DNA of 64,000 nucleotides from Acidimicrobiia bacterium (GTDB taxonomy: Bacteria > Actinomycetota > Acidimicrobiia > Spongiisociales > ZC4RG35). How positions within the stretch are numbered: position 1 is the stretch's first letter; each line of letters begins with the position of its first letter. The stretch covers positions 1,565,176 to 1,629,175 of the forward strand of contig OZ244166.1 of the NCBI GenBank assembly GCA_965216445.1, given 5' to 3'. Below, one piece after another: positions 1 through 8,849 of this stretch. The position numbers and the translations under genes are program-made. Under the pieces are notes generated by a model. It was given only the letters and a program-made list of their open reading frames with translations. It was not told where the DNA came from and searched no databases.

Positions 1-230
1 GCTTGTTTTCTTGACTACTTCGCGTCACTGGCACCTCACTTTTACGTTTGAAACGCTTGTGAGCGCCAGGAGTCGGATTCCCGACCACCAGGTCAACTCA
101 TCGAATTCCAGGCATTGGCACCGTACGCAATATCTCTAAAACGCCGGTTGCCGCGGTATCAAAGGGCCTGTCCCTCCACCGCTCTAGATGAGCGCTTCTT
201 GCCAAGCAGTATACAGGCAGGTCGGATCAG

Positions 231-1172
231 TTAAACCAATTCCAACGAGTCACGAATCCCGAGGTTCTCTTGGCCTTTGCTGGCAGCCCGAGTCATGATC
301 ACGATCGTCGTCGATAGGGCAACTATGCCCACCCACTGGGTCCACGTCGGAGTTGTGCCAAAGACCGACCAGCCAATCAAAATCGCGGTTAGCGGGAAGG
401 CCAACTCAGCCAAGGTGGCTCCTGAGGCCGGCGTGGTCGAGAGACCCTTGTAGTAGATGGTGATCGCGGCGAGGCCCGGAATGAGCGACAGGAGAACAAG
501 TGCCCCGAAATCGGAAGCGGAGACATCCATCGCCACCGAAGTCTCATTCTTGAGAAGCAAGATGACAAAGGCGGCAGGCAAGCCAATCGCAAAGCGCAAG
601 GCCGTTAACTGATTGGCCGGGATCTTCTGGGTCAGATGCCTCCCCAACACTGTGCCCATACCCCACAGCGACGCGGCTCCCAGAGCAAGCAATGCCGGAG
701 CTAGCTGGCTCACACCCACCTGAGTGGGATTGGGGAAAGCTATGAGATAGGCGCTACTCACAGCAAATAGGAAATACCAGCCATATCGGGGCAATAGACG
801 CTCACCGAGCAGCAGGTAAGCCCCAAGCACCGCGATAACCGGTTGAATCTTCTGGATTAGAAGCGGCGTTGTCGGGTCCCCGTAGGTGAAAGCTTGTGTG
901 AACAAGATCGTCGCCACCGCCGAGGCTCCCGCACCCACAAACAGCAGGGCCGTCAGGTCTTTCACCGTGAGTTTCTGGTGCTTCTTGGCGAACCGGACCA
1001 GAAGCGGAATGGTCACCACCACGAGGATCACGTGCTCCCAGAACACCACCGCCGTCGCCGGCATTTCCAGGGCGAGACCCCGACGGAAGAGGCCATCGGT
1101 ACCCCACAACGCGGCTCCGATCGCGACGAAGGCGAATCCGATGTTGAGTTTCTTGATGTTGGTGGAGGTCAT
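231..1172 (-). CDS. DMT-superfamily (EamA-like) membrane transporter
   Basis: 313 aa with about 10 predicted TM helices and duplicated EamA-like halves. Overlaps the upstream SDR gene by 4 nt, suggesting an operon. Confidence 0.65.
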   Translation of the reverse strand: MTSTNIKKLNIGFAFVAIGAALWGTDGLFRRGLALEMPATAVVFWEHVILVVVTIPLLVRFAKKHQKLTVKDLTALLFVGAGASAVATILFTQAFTYGDPTTPLLIQKIQPVIAVLGAYLLLGERLLPRYGWYFLFAVSSAYLIAFPNPTQVGVSQLAPALLALGAASLWGMGTVLGRHLTQKIPANQLTALRFAIGLPAAFVILLLKNETSVAMDVSASDFGALVLLSLIPGLAAITIYYKGLSTTPASGATLAELAFPLTAILIGWSVFGTTPTWTQWVGIVALSTTIVIMTRAASKGQENLGIRDSLELV

Positions 1173-1945
1173 GAGATACCTGAGGAGCTGGCTTCGGTCA
1201 CTCCCCCATCAACAGGAACAATTGCTCCTGTCATCCAAGAACTTGCATCGGACCCGAGGAACACGATCAAACGGGCCACATCCTCGGGCTCTCCGATCCG
1301 TCCCAATGGATGCATGCGGCGGGCAGCTTCTTCGTCCTGGAGCAACATTCCGGCCAGGCGGGTTCGCACAACGGCCGGAGCGACGGCGTTGACTCTGATA
1401 TCGGGCGCCAACTCGTGTGCGAGTTGCCGGGTCATGTGAACCAGTCCGCCCTTAGAGATGTTGTATGCACCGGTAATGGGTCCTGGCCGCAGTCCGGCGA
1501 TAGACGCGACATTGACGATCGTCCCGCCGTTCTTCTCCATCCACGCTGCATACGCCGCCCGCGCCCAGAGCAGAGGACCAAGAAGATTCACATCCCAGGT
1601 CTTGGCGACGGCCCCCAGATCAACGTCCATCAAGGAACCGGCTGAGGGGTTGGTACCAGCATTGTTGACCAGGATGTCAACGGACCCGAATCGCTCAACC
1701 GTCTTTGCCATCGCCATGTGAGCGTCGTCTTCGGAATCGGCTCTCGCGGCCAATGCCAATATTCGGTCGCTCTCAACTCCCGCCGCTTCCAACTCGGCTT
1801 GCGCACTTGAAAGATTCTCGGGCTTTCGAGACGTGATGGTCACCCCGGTTGCATTGCTCCGGGCAAACTCGAGTGCGGCTGCGAGGCCAATGCCACGGCT
1901 GGCACCTGTTACTAAGACGACTTTGCCGGCTACTGAAACTTCCAT
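1169..1945 (-). CDS. SDR-family short-chain dehydrogenase/reductase
   Basis: N-terminal VVLVTGASRGIGLAAA (TGxxxGxG Rossmann motif), NNAG motif and catalytic YxxxK region; 258 aa. Confidence 0.8.
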   Translation of the reverse strand: MEVSVAGKVVLVTGASRGIGLAAALEFARSNATGVTITSRKPENLSSAQAELEAAGVESDRILALAARADSEDDAHMAMAKTVERFGSVDILVNNAGTNPSAGSLMDVDLGAVAKTWDVNLLGPLLWARAAYAAWMEKNGGTIVNVASIAGLRPGPITGAYNISKGGLVHMTRQLAHELAPDIRVNAVAPAVVRTRLAGMLLQDEEAARRMHPLGRIGEPEDVARLIVFLGSDASSWMTGAIVPVDGGVTEASSSGIS

Positions 1946-2016
1946 GATCTCCTAGAGGGCGAAGGTCAGCATGTTAAGCGACTTCGACTTCGTGGATTTG
2001 CCGTTCTCAAGGATGG

Positions 2017-2514
2017 TCAGTGACCGCCTCGCTTGACGCCACCGTATTTCATCCTCGTATCAGACATCGCGGCAGCGCGAGCGTTGTCGTCCTTGATCTC
2101 GCCGTCGACGATCTCCCCGATGAACAGGGTATGGGTGCCCAGATCCAGCTCCTGGCGAACTTCACACTCAACCCAAGCGATGGCCTCCACAAACACCGGC
2201 GTACCGTTCCTGGCGAGCACAACCTCACGCCCGTTCAATGTATTGCCCTCCCGAACAGCGGGTTTGGAAAACTTGACGAAGGGCCGTGTGTCTTCAGATG
2301 ACCAGAGATTCACGGAAAAGGATCCGCCGTCGCTAATCAAGCGGTGCGTCACAGCTTTGTTGTCAACGCCGACACCAATCAACACCGGTTCCATCGACAG
2401 CTGAGTGATCCAAGAGGTGGTCATCGCATTCCACTCTTCCCCTGACGCCGACCCGACAAGGGCAAGTGCGTTGGGGATCTTCCAAGTGATCTTGTTGATC
2501 AGTTCGCTGTCCAA
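2017..2514 (-). CDS. flavin reductase-like domain protein
   Basis: 165 aa; pattern of the flavin reductase / FMN-binding split-barrel family (WxxALALVGSA...MTTSW...PVLIGVGV). Confidence 0.65.
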   Translation of the reverse strand: MDSELINKITWKIPNALALVGSASGEEWNAMTTSWITQLSMEPVLIGVGVDNKAVTHRLISDGGSFSVNLWSSEDTRPFVKFSKPAVREGNTLNGREVVLARNGTPVFVEAIAWVECEVRQELDLGTHTLFIGEIVDGEIKDDNARAAAMSDTRMKYGGVKRGGH

Positions 2515-2559
2515 GAGAACGACCTCTCACAGAGTGTTTTCAAACCCTAATGTGACTGT

Positions 2560-3066
2560 GTGCGAATCCTGATAGCAACCACAGGTGTGCTTCCAGCGGC
2601 TCCAGTCTCCGAACTCTGCGCCCGACTCAGCGACGAAAGCAGCGAGGTGACGGTCATGACGGTGATCCGAATTCCACGGACCTTCCTCGATTCGCTCGAC
2701 GAAGACGCACGTCGTTCCTTCCTCGATGACTCGACTGACGCGTCCACCCCTGAAGAGAAAGCTGCTCGTTATCTCGAAGAACGCGGTCAGAAAGTTGTCG
2801 CCCCCATCGTCGCGGCCCTCCGAGCGGAGGGCATCGAAGCACAAGAGAGATTCGTAGACGGAGACGACCCGGCGACAGCCATCATTGACACAGCATCATC
2901 CGTCGACGCTCAGATCGTGCTCATGGGAGCGACACGCCGCCTCTTCACGGAGGAAGCCTGGGGCAGTGTTTCGGCACGTGTCATCGACACCTCACACCTT
3001 CCTGTACTCCTGGTCCCGGGTACCAAGATCGAAGACACCGCCGAGATGCCCATATTGGAGTTGTAA
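2560..3066 (+). CDS. universal stress protein (UspA family)
   Basis: 168 aa; C-terminal GSVSARVIDTSHLPVLLVP matches the Usp ATP-binding C-terminal signature. Confidence 0.55.
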   Translation: MRILIATTGVLPAAPVSELCARLSDESSEVTVMTVIRIPRTFLDSLDEDARRSFLDDSTDASTPEEKAARYLEERGQKVVAPIVAALRAEGIEAQERFVDGDDPATAIIDTASSVDAQIVLMGATRRLFTEEAWGSVSARVIDTSHLPVLLVPGTKIEDTAEMPILEL

Positions 3067-3191
3067 GAACCCGATCAGAATGGCTCGAGCGGTAATTGGC
3101 GATGAGCCAACAAAGTCAATGAACCAGGACAAGGCTGGAATCGGCTCCTCTGGGTGACCACACCGAAGATCTGTCACACCCACCACGTACG

Positions 3192-3575
3192 TTGATGGGT
3201 ATGCAACTAAACCGACTGAACGGATGTGAAGACCACACTTCGACTCCCATTGCTGGACTCAGGGTCACAGCATGCGGAAACTGCCGTCGTGTCGAGTGGG
3301 CGGACACATCGGGTGAGATCGACTCAGCCGAAGGTATGGCCGCTCTGTTCGGCAGTTACGAGCTCGTCGGCACCTACGACGCTGTCGGCGCACCCGCACC
3401 CGAAGTCCTCGTCTACAGGGCTCCGACGTTGCGAAAGCGACGCAATCTCCTCCCCTTCCCGAAGCGAGAATGGGTGAAGGCAACGCCGGACCTGTGGCTA
3501 ACCCACGATGACGAGAACCTCCTCCTCGCCACAAATCACCGGCTGTTGTTCGAGAATTTGACCCGGCTCGGGTAG
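3192..3575 (+). CDS. hypothetical protein
   Basis: 127-aa ORF in an otherwise empty interval; no recognisable motif. Confidence 0.25.
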   Translation: MMGMQLNRLNGCEDHTSTPIAGLRVTACGNCRRVEWADTSGEIDSAEGMAALFGSYELVGTYDAVGAPAPEVLVYRAPTLRKRRNLLPFPKREWVKATPDLWLTHDDENLLLATNHRLLFENLTRLG

Positions 3576-3594
3576 GTACCCGACCGGACTGAAA

Positions 3595-5475
3595 TCAGAC
3601 GGATGCCTCGAACTGAGTTTCGTACAGCTGCCGGTACAGACCACCGTCGCGGACGAGTGACTCATGGTCACCGCGTTCGACAACCCGACCATCGTCGATC
3701 ACGAGAATCTGGTCAGCCGCCCTCACGGTGGAGAGTCGGTGGGCGATGGCCAAGGTCGTCCGACCCGCCATCAAACCCTCCAGCGCCTGCTGGATGAGCG
3801 CCTCGGACCGGGAGTCGAGGTGAGATGTGGCTTCGTCCAGGATCAGGATCTTCGGATCCTTGAGGATCACCCGAGCAATCGCCAGGCGCTGTTTCTCACC
3901 GCCCGAAAGCCGATAACCCCGCTCCCCCACCATCGTTTCGTAGCGCTCGGGTAACAAGTCGATCATCTCATGAATGTTCGCAGCGCGAGCTGCGGATTCG
4001 AGTTCTGCTTGAGTTGCCTCAGGCCGCGCGTAGCGCAGATTGGCGGCGATTGTGTCGTGGAACAGATAGGACTCCTGGGTCACGACACCAACCGTTGACG
4101 CCAGTTCCTCGAAGGAGATTTGGCGGACGTCCACGCCATCGATCTTCACCTGACCGTGGTTCACGTCGTACAGCCTCGGAACCAAGTATGAGATGGTCGT
4201 TTTGCCAGCCCCAGATGGCCCGACCAGCGCCACCAAATCACCAGGCTTGGCCTGGAACGACACACCGTCAAGCGCCCAGGTGCGGGTCGAAGCTTGCACC
4301 ACAGCAGGTTCGGTTGTGGGCTTGCGGAATCTTCGGACAGCGTCGAGCCCTTCGAACTCGTCCGTCTGATACCGAAACTGAACCGAGTCGAACTCCACTT
4401 CGCCACGAACCTCGCCCAGCGCGACGGGTTGTGTCGGTTCGGGAATGTCGATCTCGAGGTCGATGACTTCGAACACCCGCTCAAACGAAACCAATGAAGT
4501 TGCGAATTCAACCCTCGAGTTGGACAGTCCCGTCAAGGGGCCATACAACTGTACGACCAAGGCGGAGAACATAACGACAGTCCCGAGACTCAAGTCGCCC
4601 TGGATGACCATGTATCCACCAACCCAGAAGACAGTCGCCGTACCGACGGCGGACACCAGGCCCAACGCCGCAAAGAACCGCCGACCCACCATGGCGCGGC
4701 GAACCCCGTAGAACTTGACCTGCTCGGCTTCATCGGCAAACCGCCTGGATTCCTGATCCCAACGCCCGAACAGACGAACGAGCAGCGCACCACTCACATT
4801 GAACGCTTCCTGAAGGATCGCCGACATTGCGGCGTTGTGTTCCATCTGGACCTGGGTCACGCCACGCAGAACCCGTGCGACTCGTCGAGCCGGGAAGACG
4901 AAGAGGGGAAGCGCGGCAATCGCAAGAAGTGTCAGGAACCACTGAGCTTGGAACATGACGATCAAGATGACCACCACCGACACCACATTCGAGACGATGC
5001 TGACCAATGTCCCGGTTATCGCCTGCTGGGCTCCGGTGACATCGCTGTTGAGCCTGCTCATCAGTTCTCCGGTCTTCGTCGCAGTGAAAAACCGAAGCGA
5101 CATGCGTTGCAAGTGGTCGAACAGCTCACAGCGCAGATCAAAGATGATGCCTTCGCCAACTCGCGACGACCACCATCTCTGCAATATCCCGACCAGCGCA
5201 CTGACCAGGGGGACGAGAATCATTCCGATTCCAAGCACGGTGAGCAATCCGACGTCCTTGTTCGGTAGAGCCTCGTCGATGAGGAGGCGGGAGAGAATCG
5301 CAGGCACCACCCCTAGACCAGAAATCACAAAAATTGTGGCCAGCACACCAAGTAGGCCGGACAGGTACGGCCGGCCATAGCTCCAAACACGTCGGAGCAG
5401 ATCGCGATCGACCTTCGGCGGTGTTTGCTCCTCGTCATATGACAGGTAGCTCCACCAACCGCCCTGATGCATCAT
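3595..5475 (-). CDS. ABC transporter, fused permease/ATP-binding subunit (MsbA-like exporter)
   Basis: 626 aa; six N-terminal TM helices, Walker A GPSGAGKTT, ABC signature LSGGEKQRLAIAR, Walker B ILILDEATS. Confidence 0.85.
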   Translation of the reverse strand: MMHQGGWWSYLSYDEEQTPPKVDRDLLRRVWSYGRPYLSGLLGVLATIFVISGLGVVPAILSRLLIDEALPNKDVGLLTVLGIGMILVPLVSALVGILQRWWSSRVGEGIIFDLRCELFDHLQRMSLRFFTATKTGELMSRLNSDVTGAQQAITGTLVSIVSNVVSVVVILIVMFQAQWFLTLLAIAALPLFVFPARRVARVLRGVTQVQMEHNAAMSAILQEAFNVSGALLVRLFGRWDQESRRFADEAEQVKFYGVRRAMVGRRFFAALGLVSAVGTATVFWVGGYMVIQGDLSLGTVVMFSALVVQLYGPLTGLSNSRVEFATSLVSFERVFEVIDLEIDIPEPTQPVALGEVRGEVEFDSVQFRYQTDEFEGLDAVRRFRKPTTEPAVVQASTRTWALDGVSFQAKPGDLVALVGPSGAGKTTISYLVPRLYDVNHGQVKIDGVDVRQISFEELASTVGVVTQESYLFHDTIAANLRYARPEATQAELESAARAANIHEMIDLLPERYETMVGERGYRLSGGEKQRLAIARVILKDPKILILDEATSHLDSRSEALIQQALEGLMAGRTTLAIAHRLSTVRAADQILVIDDGRVVERGDHESLVRDGGLYRQLYETQFEASV

Positions 5476-6227
5476 TCGTCAGGCAAGAGCGTATCGGCCA
5501 AAGGCATCACACTGGCAACTGTCTGTCGCAACCCTTCAACAGCAGCAAACGGCCGGCCGAAGAGCTCGTAGCGGTACTGCTCGTCGTACCAAATGAGGGT
5601 CGTCCCGTCGCTTTGCTCCAAGACCCACGTCAGTCGCTCGTTGATCGTTTCGATCGAGCAAGAAATCACTCCCTCGCTGGAGAAACGGCCACAGGTCAGA
5701 TCTGAACCACCAGCCGCCACCTCGGCGGCGCCTTCACCGTCGATGTAGACCCTCAACACCGCAAGCTGTGCGACTGAGCGCGACCTCGAGTACGGCTCGG
5801 CCGTCCATATTCCAAACGCCACTGACGGGTCGACCGAAACCTCTCCCGAATTGTCAATCACGAGCTGGGAGGAGACATACTCAGCCAGCGGGGGCACCCG
5901 AGTGGGGAATTCGATACCCTCCAGCACGGCCGCAATCTCAGCTCTGCTCGCCTGGATGAACCGGTCACCCTCACGTCTTGCGAACACGGCGGCCACAATG
6001 TCTGCGGCTTCGCCTTCTCCGGAGCCAAGTTCGTCGTTGACCCAAACCAGATCGGACGCGTCCGATGCAAGCGGAATGGTCGTCGGGATGGTCGTAGTTG
6101 TGACAACTGTGGGGTCGGTGACCCAATCCGAAGAACGCTCGCCTAGGGAAGCAAAAGGCGCTTCACCACATGCTGAAAACGCGGCAACTCCAACCAATAT
6201 GAGAATTGTGCGTGCTAGATGACGCAC
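5472..6227 (-). CDS. putative lipoprotein
   Basis: Signal peptide with lipobox (LVGVAAFSAC); 4-nt overlap with the downstream ABC exporter gene, suggesting translational coupling. Confidence 0.5.
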   Translation of the reverse strand: MRHLARTILILVGVAAFSACGEAPFASLGERSSDWVTDPTVVTTTTIPTTIPLASDASDLVWVNDELGSGEGEAADIVAAVFARREGDRFIQASRAEIAAVLEGIEFPTRVPPLAEYVSSQLVIDNSGEVSVDPSVAFGIWTAEPYSRSRSVAQLAVLRVYIDGEGAAEVAAGGSDLTCGRFSSEGVISCSIETINERLTWVLEQSDGTTLIWYDEQYRYELFGRPFAAVEGLRQTVASVMPLADTLLPDE

Positions 6228-6347
6228 GCTGCCTCCTTAGTCGCTGCTTTCTCGGATCTCGCTGTATAACGAGTCGATCCGTCTCCGCGTTCCATGCTTC
6301 AACGCCCGGCATGACGGTAACAGTTCAAGTCCTTAAGCTTTTGGCAA

Positions 6348-7103
6348 GTGAATGACGTGCTGCTTGTCGAGGAAACATTTCGGGAGTCCCCCGCCCATGA
6401 TATTGGTGTGAGCCATGCGATCCTCGATGCCGTCGCGTCGGGTGAGATAGCAGACGTTTTTCGGATCCACACCCCGGCGCGCGCGCTCGCATTTGGTATG
6501 GCCGACCGGATCCAGTCCGGATACCAAAATGCCGTCAGAGTCGCATCGGCTCACCGCTATTACCCAGTCGAACGATTGGCCGGCGGGCGGGCAGCCGTCT
6601 TCCACGAGAACACCCTCGCTTTCAGCTGGGCTTCTAGACAAGAGGACCCAAGAGCGGGGATCACCGATCGCTTCGAACTCATCTCCAATCTGATGACGAC
6701 AGCCTTCCGTGCACTCAACATTGACGCCCAGGTCGGCGAGGTGCCAGGTGAATATTGCCCTGGCGAGTATTCGGTCAATGTCGGAGGGCACCAAAAAGTC
6801 ATGGGAGTCGGCCAGCGACTCGTCCGTGGCGCGTCCCATGTCGGCGGCGTGATTGTTGTCAGAGATGGTGCCTCGATTCGCGACGTCCTGATACCCATAT
6901 ACAGGGCTCTCAAGATCGACTGGGACCCACGAACGGTGGGGACGTTGTCGAACCATGTCGCAAACATCAATGCTTCGGACGTTCGAAACGCGGTTGTGGA
7001 TGTTCTGGGCAGTCGCTTTGATTTGGAGCACACCTCCCTACCGACCGATATCGTGGAACGAGGCAGGGAGCTGGCGCCGAAGCACGTTCCCGAGGCCGGA
7101 TAA
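6348..7103 (+). CDS. lipoate--protein ligase family protein (BPL/LPL catalytic domain)
   Basis: LAGGRAAVFHENTLAFSW resembles the LplA GGGAVYHDxGN motif; a lysine-loop region (GHQKVMGVGQR) is present; 251 aa. Confidence 0.6.
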   Translation: MNDVLLVEETFRESPAHDIGVSHAILDAVASGEIADVFRIHTPARALAFGMADRIQSGYQNAVRVASAHRYYPVERLAGGRAAVFHENTLAFSWASRQEDPRAGITDRFELISNLMTTAFRALNIDAQVGEVPGEYCPGEYSVNVGGHQKVMGVGQRLVRGASHVGGVIVVRDGASIRDVLIPIYRALKIDWDPRTVGTLSNHVANINASDVRNAVVDVLGSRFDLEHTSLPTDIVERGRELAPKHVPEAG

Positions 7104-8152
7104 TGCGATTCACCGTCATCAATGGTCCCAACCTGAATCTCCTTGGAACCCGCCAACCCGAGGTCTACGGGACCGAGACTCTCGACGACTTGCAGCGCCA
7201 GGTGGATAGGTGGGCTGAATCGCTAGGGGTAGAGGTCACTCACTTCCAGAGCAACGACGAGTCCGATTTGGTCACCGCAATCCAACAGGCGGGTGAGGTG
7301 AGCGACGGCATTGTCGTCAACCCCGGCGGATTCAGCCACACATCAGTGGCGATCGCCGACGCGGTTGCATCGGTCACACCACCAGTGGTCGAGGTTCACA
7401 TCTCCGACATCTCCAAGCGTGAGGCGTTCCGTCAGATATCGCTGGTCGCACCTGCAGCGGTCACCCAGATAAAGGGTCGTGGCATCGTTGGGTACCGCGA
7501 TGCCATGCGTCACTTGATCAATCGCAGCCGGACGCCCTTCGATGTGGTCAGGTACGGTCCCGACGCGAGCAACGTTGGCGACCACCGAGCACATGGAGGG
7601 AGCTCAGCCCTGATAGTTCTCGTACACGGAGGGTTTTGGTTCCCACAGTGGGGCCGGGATCAACTCGATTCCGCCGCCATCGACCTTTATGAGCGGGGAC
7701 ACGACACACTCAACGTCGCCTATCGTCTGAGTCCGCCCTGGCCTGGATCGGGCCACGACATCTTGTCGGCAGTCTTATGGGCAAAAGCCAGGTACGACCG
7801 GGTCGCCCTCCTGGGCCACTCCGCCGGCGGATATCTGGCCCTTTGGTCCCACGCACGCCAACCGGTCGATCTGGCGGTGGGGCTGGCTGCGATAACCGAC
7901 CTCCGGTTAGTCGAGGATGTGGAGACCGTTGGCCAGATTCTCGGTGCGGGCGGTCCCCGGACACTTCGGGCCACTAGCGACACGATCTTGTTCCATGGCG
8001 ACGATGACGCCGAGGTGTCGCTCGAGCACACCACCGATGCCTCCGAATTCGCAGATGTCCAAGTGCTCAATGGCGTCGGCCATTTCGACCTGATCAACCC
8101 GCGGCGCGCCCATTGGGAGCAGATTGCAGCGCAGTTCGAACGTGTGAAATGA
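7103..8152 (+). CDS. aroQ: type II 3-dehydroquinate dehydratase (AroQ) fused to a C-terminal alpha/beta-hydrolase (esterase-like) domain
   Basis: Residues 1-143 carry AroQ signatures (INGPNLNLLG, FQSNDE, NPGGFSHTSVA, VEVHISDI..REAFR). Residues about 150-349 carry HGGFW, the GHSAGG nucleophile elbow, HGDDD and GHFD. The start overlaps the upstream gene's stop (TAATG). Confidence 0.75.
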   Translation: MRFTVINGPNLNLLGTRQPEVYGTETLDDLQRQVDRWAESLGVEVTHFQSNDESDLVTAIQQAGEVSDGIVVNPGGFSHTSVAIADAVASVTPPVVEVHISDISKREAFRQISLVAPAAVTQIKGRGIVGYRDAMRHLINRSRTPFDVVRYGPDASNVGDHRAHGGSSALIVLVHGGFWFPQWGRDQLDSAAIDLYERGHDTLNVAYRLSPPWPGSGHDILSAVLWAKARYDRVALLGHSAGGYLALWSHARQPVDLAVGLAAITDLRLVEDVETVGQILGAGGPRTLRATSDTILFHGDDDAEVSLEHTTDASEFADVQVLNGVGHFDLINPRRAHWEQIAAQFERVK

Positions 8153-8250
8153 CATCCTCGAGCCACAAGCGAGTTGCCCGGCCTTTGGGAGCCTCGGTAA
8201 GATAGAAACCCTGTTCCCGGACGTATCCGGGCGGAGTCACTTTCAAAACC

Positions 8251-8847
8251 ATGCGTTCGAGACGATTCTCGTTTCTTGCTGGCTGGGTTGCGGTAATACT
8301 GCTGGCTGTTGCCGGTTTTGCCGCCTTCGCGGCCCCGCAAGATTCGAGCAACGACATCAGCTATGAGGCCGCTTCGGCCTCTTTGGGGCACGCAACCGGC
8401 ACCTATGCCGGCCTGACGTTCGCCCTGTTCACTGACGCTCCCGGCTCGGCCACAGTCTCTGAGGAGCCAGACGACGAACCGGCTACTGCCGAAACCGAAG
8501 TCGAGACCGAATCAACTTCGCAATCCAATGGCACGATTGGCTCCACTTCGTCGGGTTGGCTGTCCGAGGTTCAGGTCCGAGCCCTGGTGGAGACCTACTT
8601 CGATTCAGCCGATGTGAACACCGCGGTGAGGATTGCATGGTGCGAATCTCGCTTTGATCCAGAGTCAGTCAATCTCCGCACAGGTGCGATTGGACTGTTC
8701 CAGCATCTTCCCCAGTACTGGGACGAGCGGGCAGTCAACGCAGGGTTCCCTGGTGCCGATCCGACGGACCCTGAGGCTTCAACGGCTGCTGCCGCATGGG
8801 CGGTGTACAACGGTGGCGGCTGGGACATCTTCGCCTGCCGCGCCTGA
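8251..8847 (+). CDS. secreted lytic transglycosylase-domain protein
   Basis: Signal peptide or TM helix at the N-terminus; IAWCESRFDP...GAIGLFQHLPQYW matches the family-1 lytic transglycosylase (SLT) catalytic E-S and GLMQ-like motifs. Confidence 0.55.
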   Translation: MRSRRFSFLAGWVAVILLAVAGFAAFAAPQDSSNDISYEAASASLGHATGTYAGLTFALFTDAPGSATVSEEPDDEPATAETEVETESTSQSNGTIGSTSSGWLSEVQVRALVETYFDSADVNTAVRIAWCESRFDPESVNLRTGAIGLFQHLPQYWDERAVNAGFPGADPTDPEASTAAAAWAVYNGGGWDIFACRA

Positions 8848-8849
8848 CG

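Noticed and set aside
1-230. Possible tRNA or other RNA gene in the 230-bp non-coding stretch at the window start (contains GGAGTCGGATTCCCGACCACC, vaguely T-arm-like)
   Set aside because: The flanking sequence cannot be folded into a cloverleaf (no acceptor/T-stem complementarity). More likely the 3' UTR of the DMT transporter gene or the promoter of an upstream gene.
802-1439. Overlapping 100-180-aa ORFs (802..1107, 886..1392, 894..1439) antisense to or out of frame with the DMT transporter and SDR genes
   Set aside because: Typical long spurious reading frames of high-GC DNA. Arg/Pro/Ala-rich translations with no motifs, embedded entirely inside well-supported genes.
8216-8231. Palindrome CCCGGACGTATCCGGG between the aroQ-fusion gene and the transglycosylase gene
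   Set aside because: Short isolated hairpin, plausible as a weak terminator, but nothing distinguishes it from chance palindromes in GC-rich DNA.
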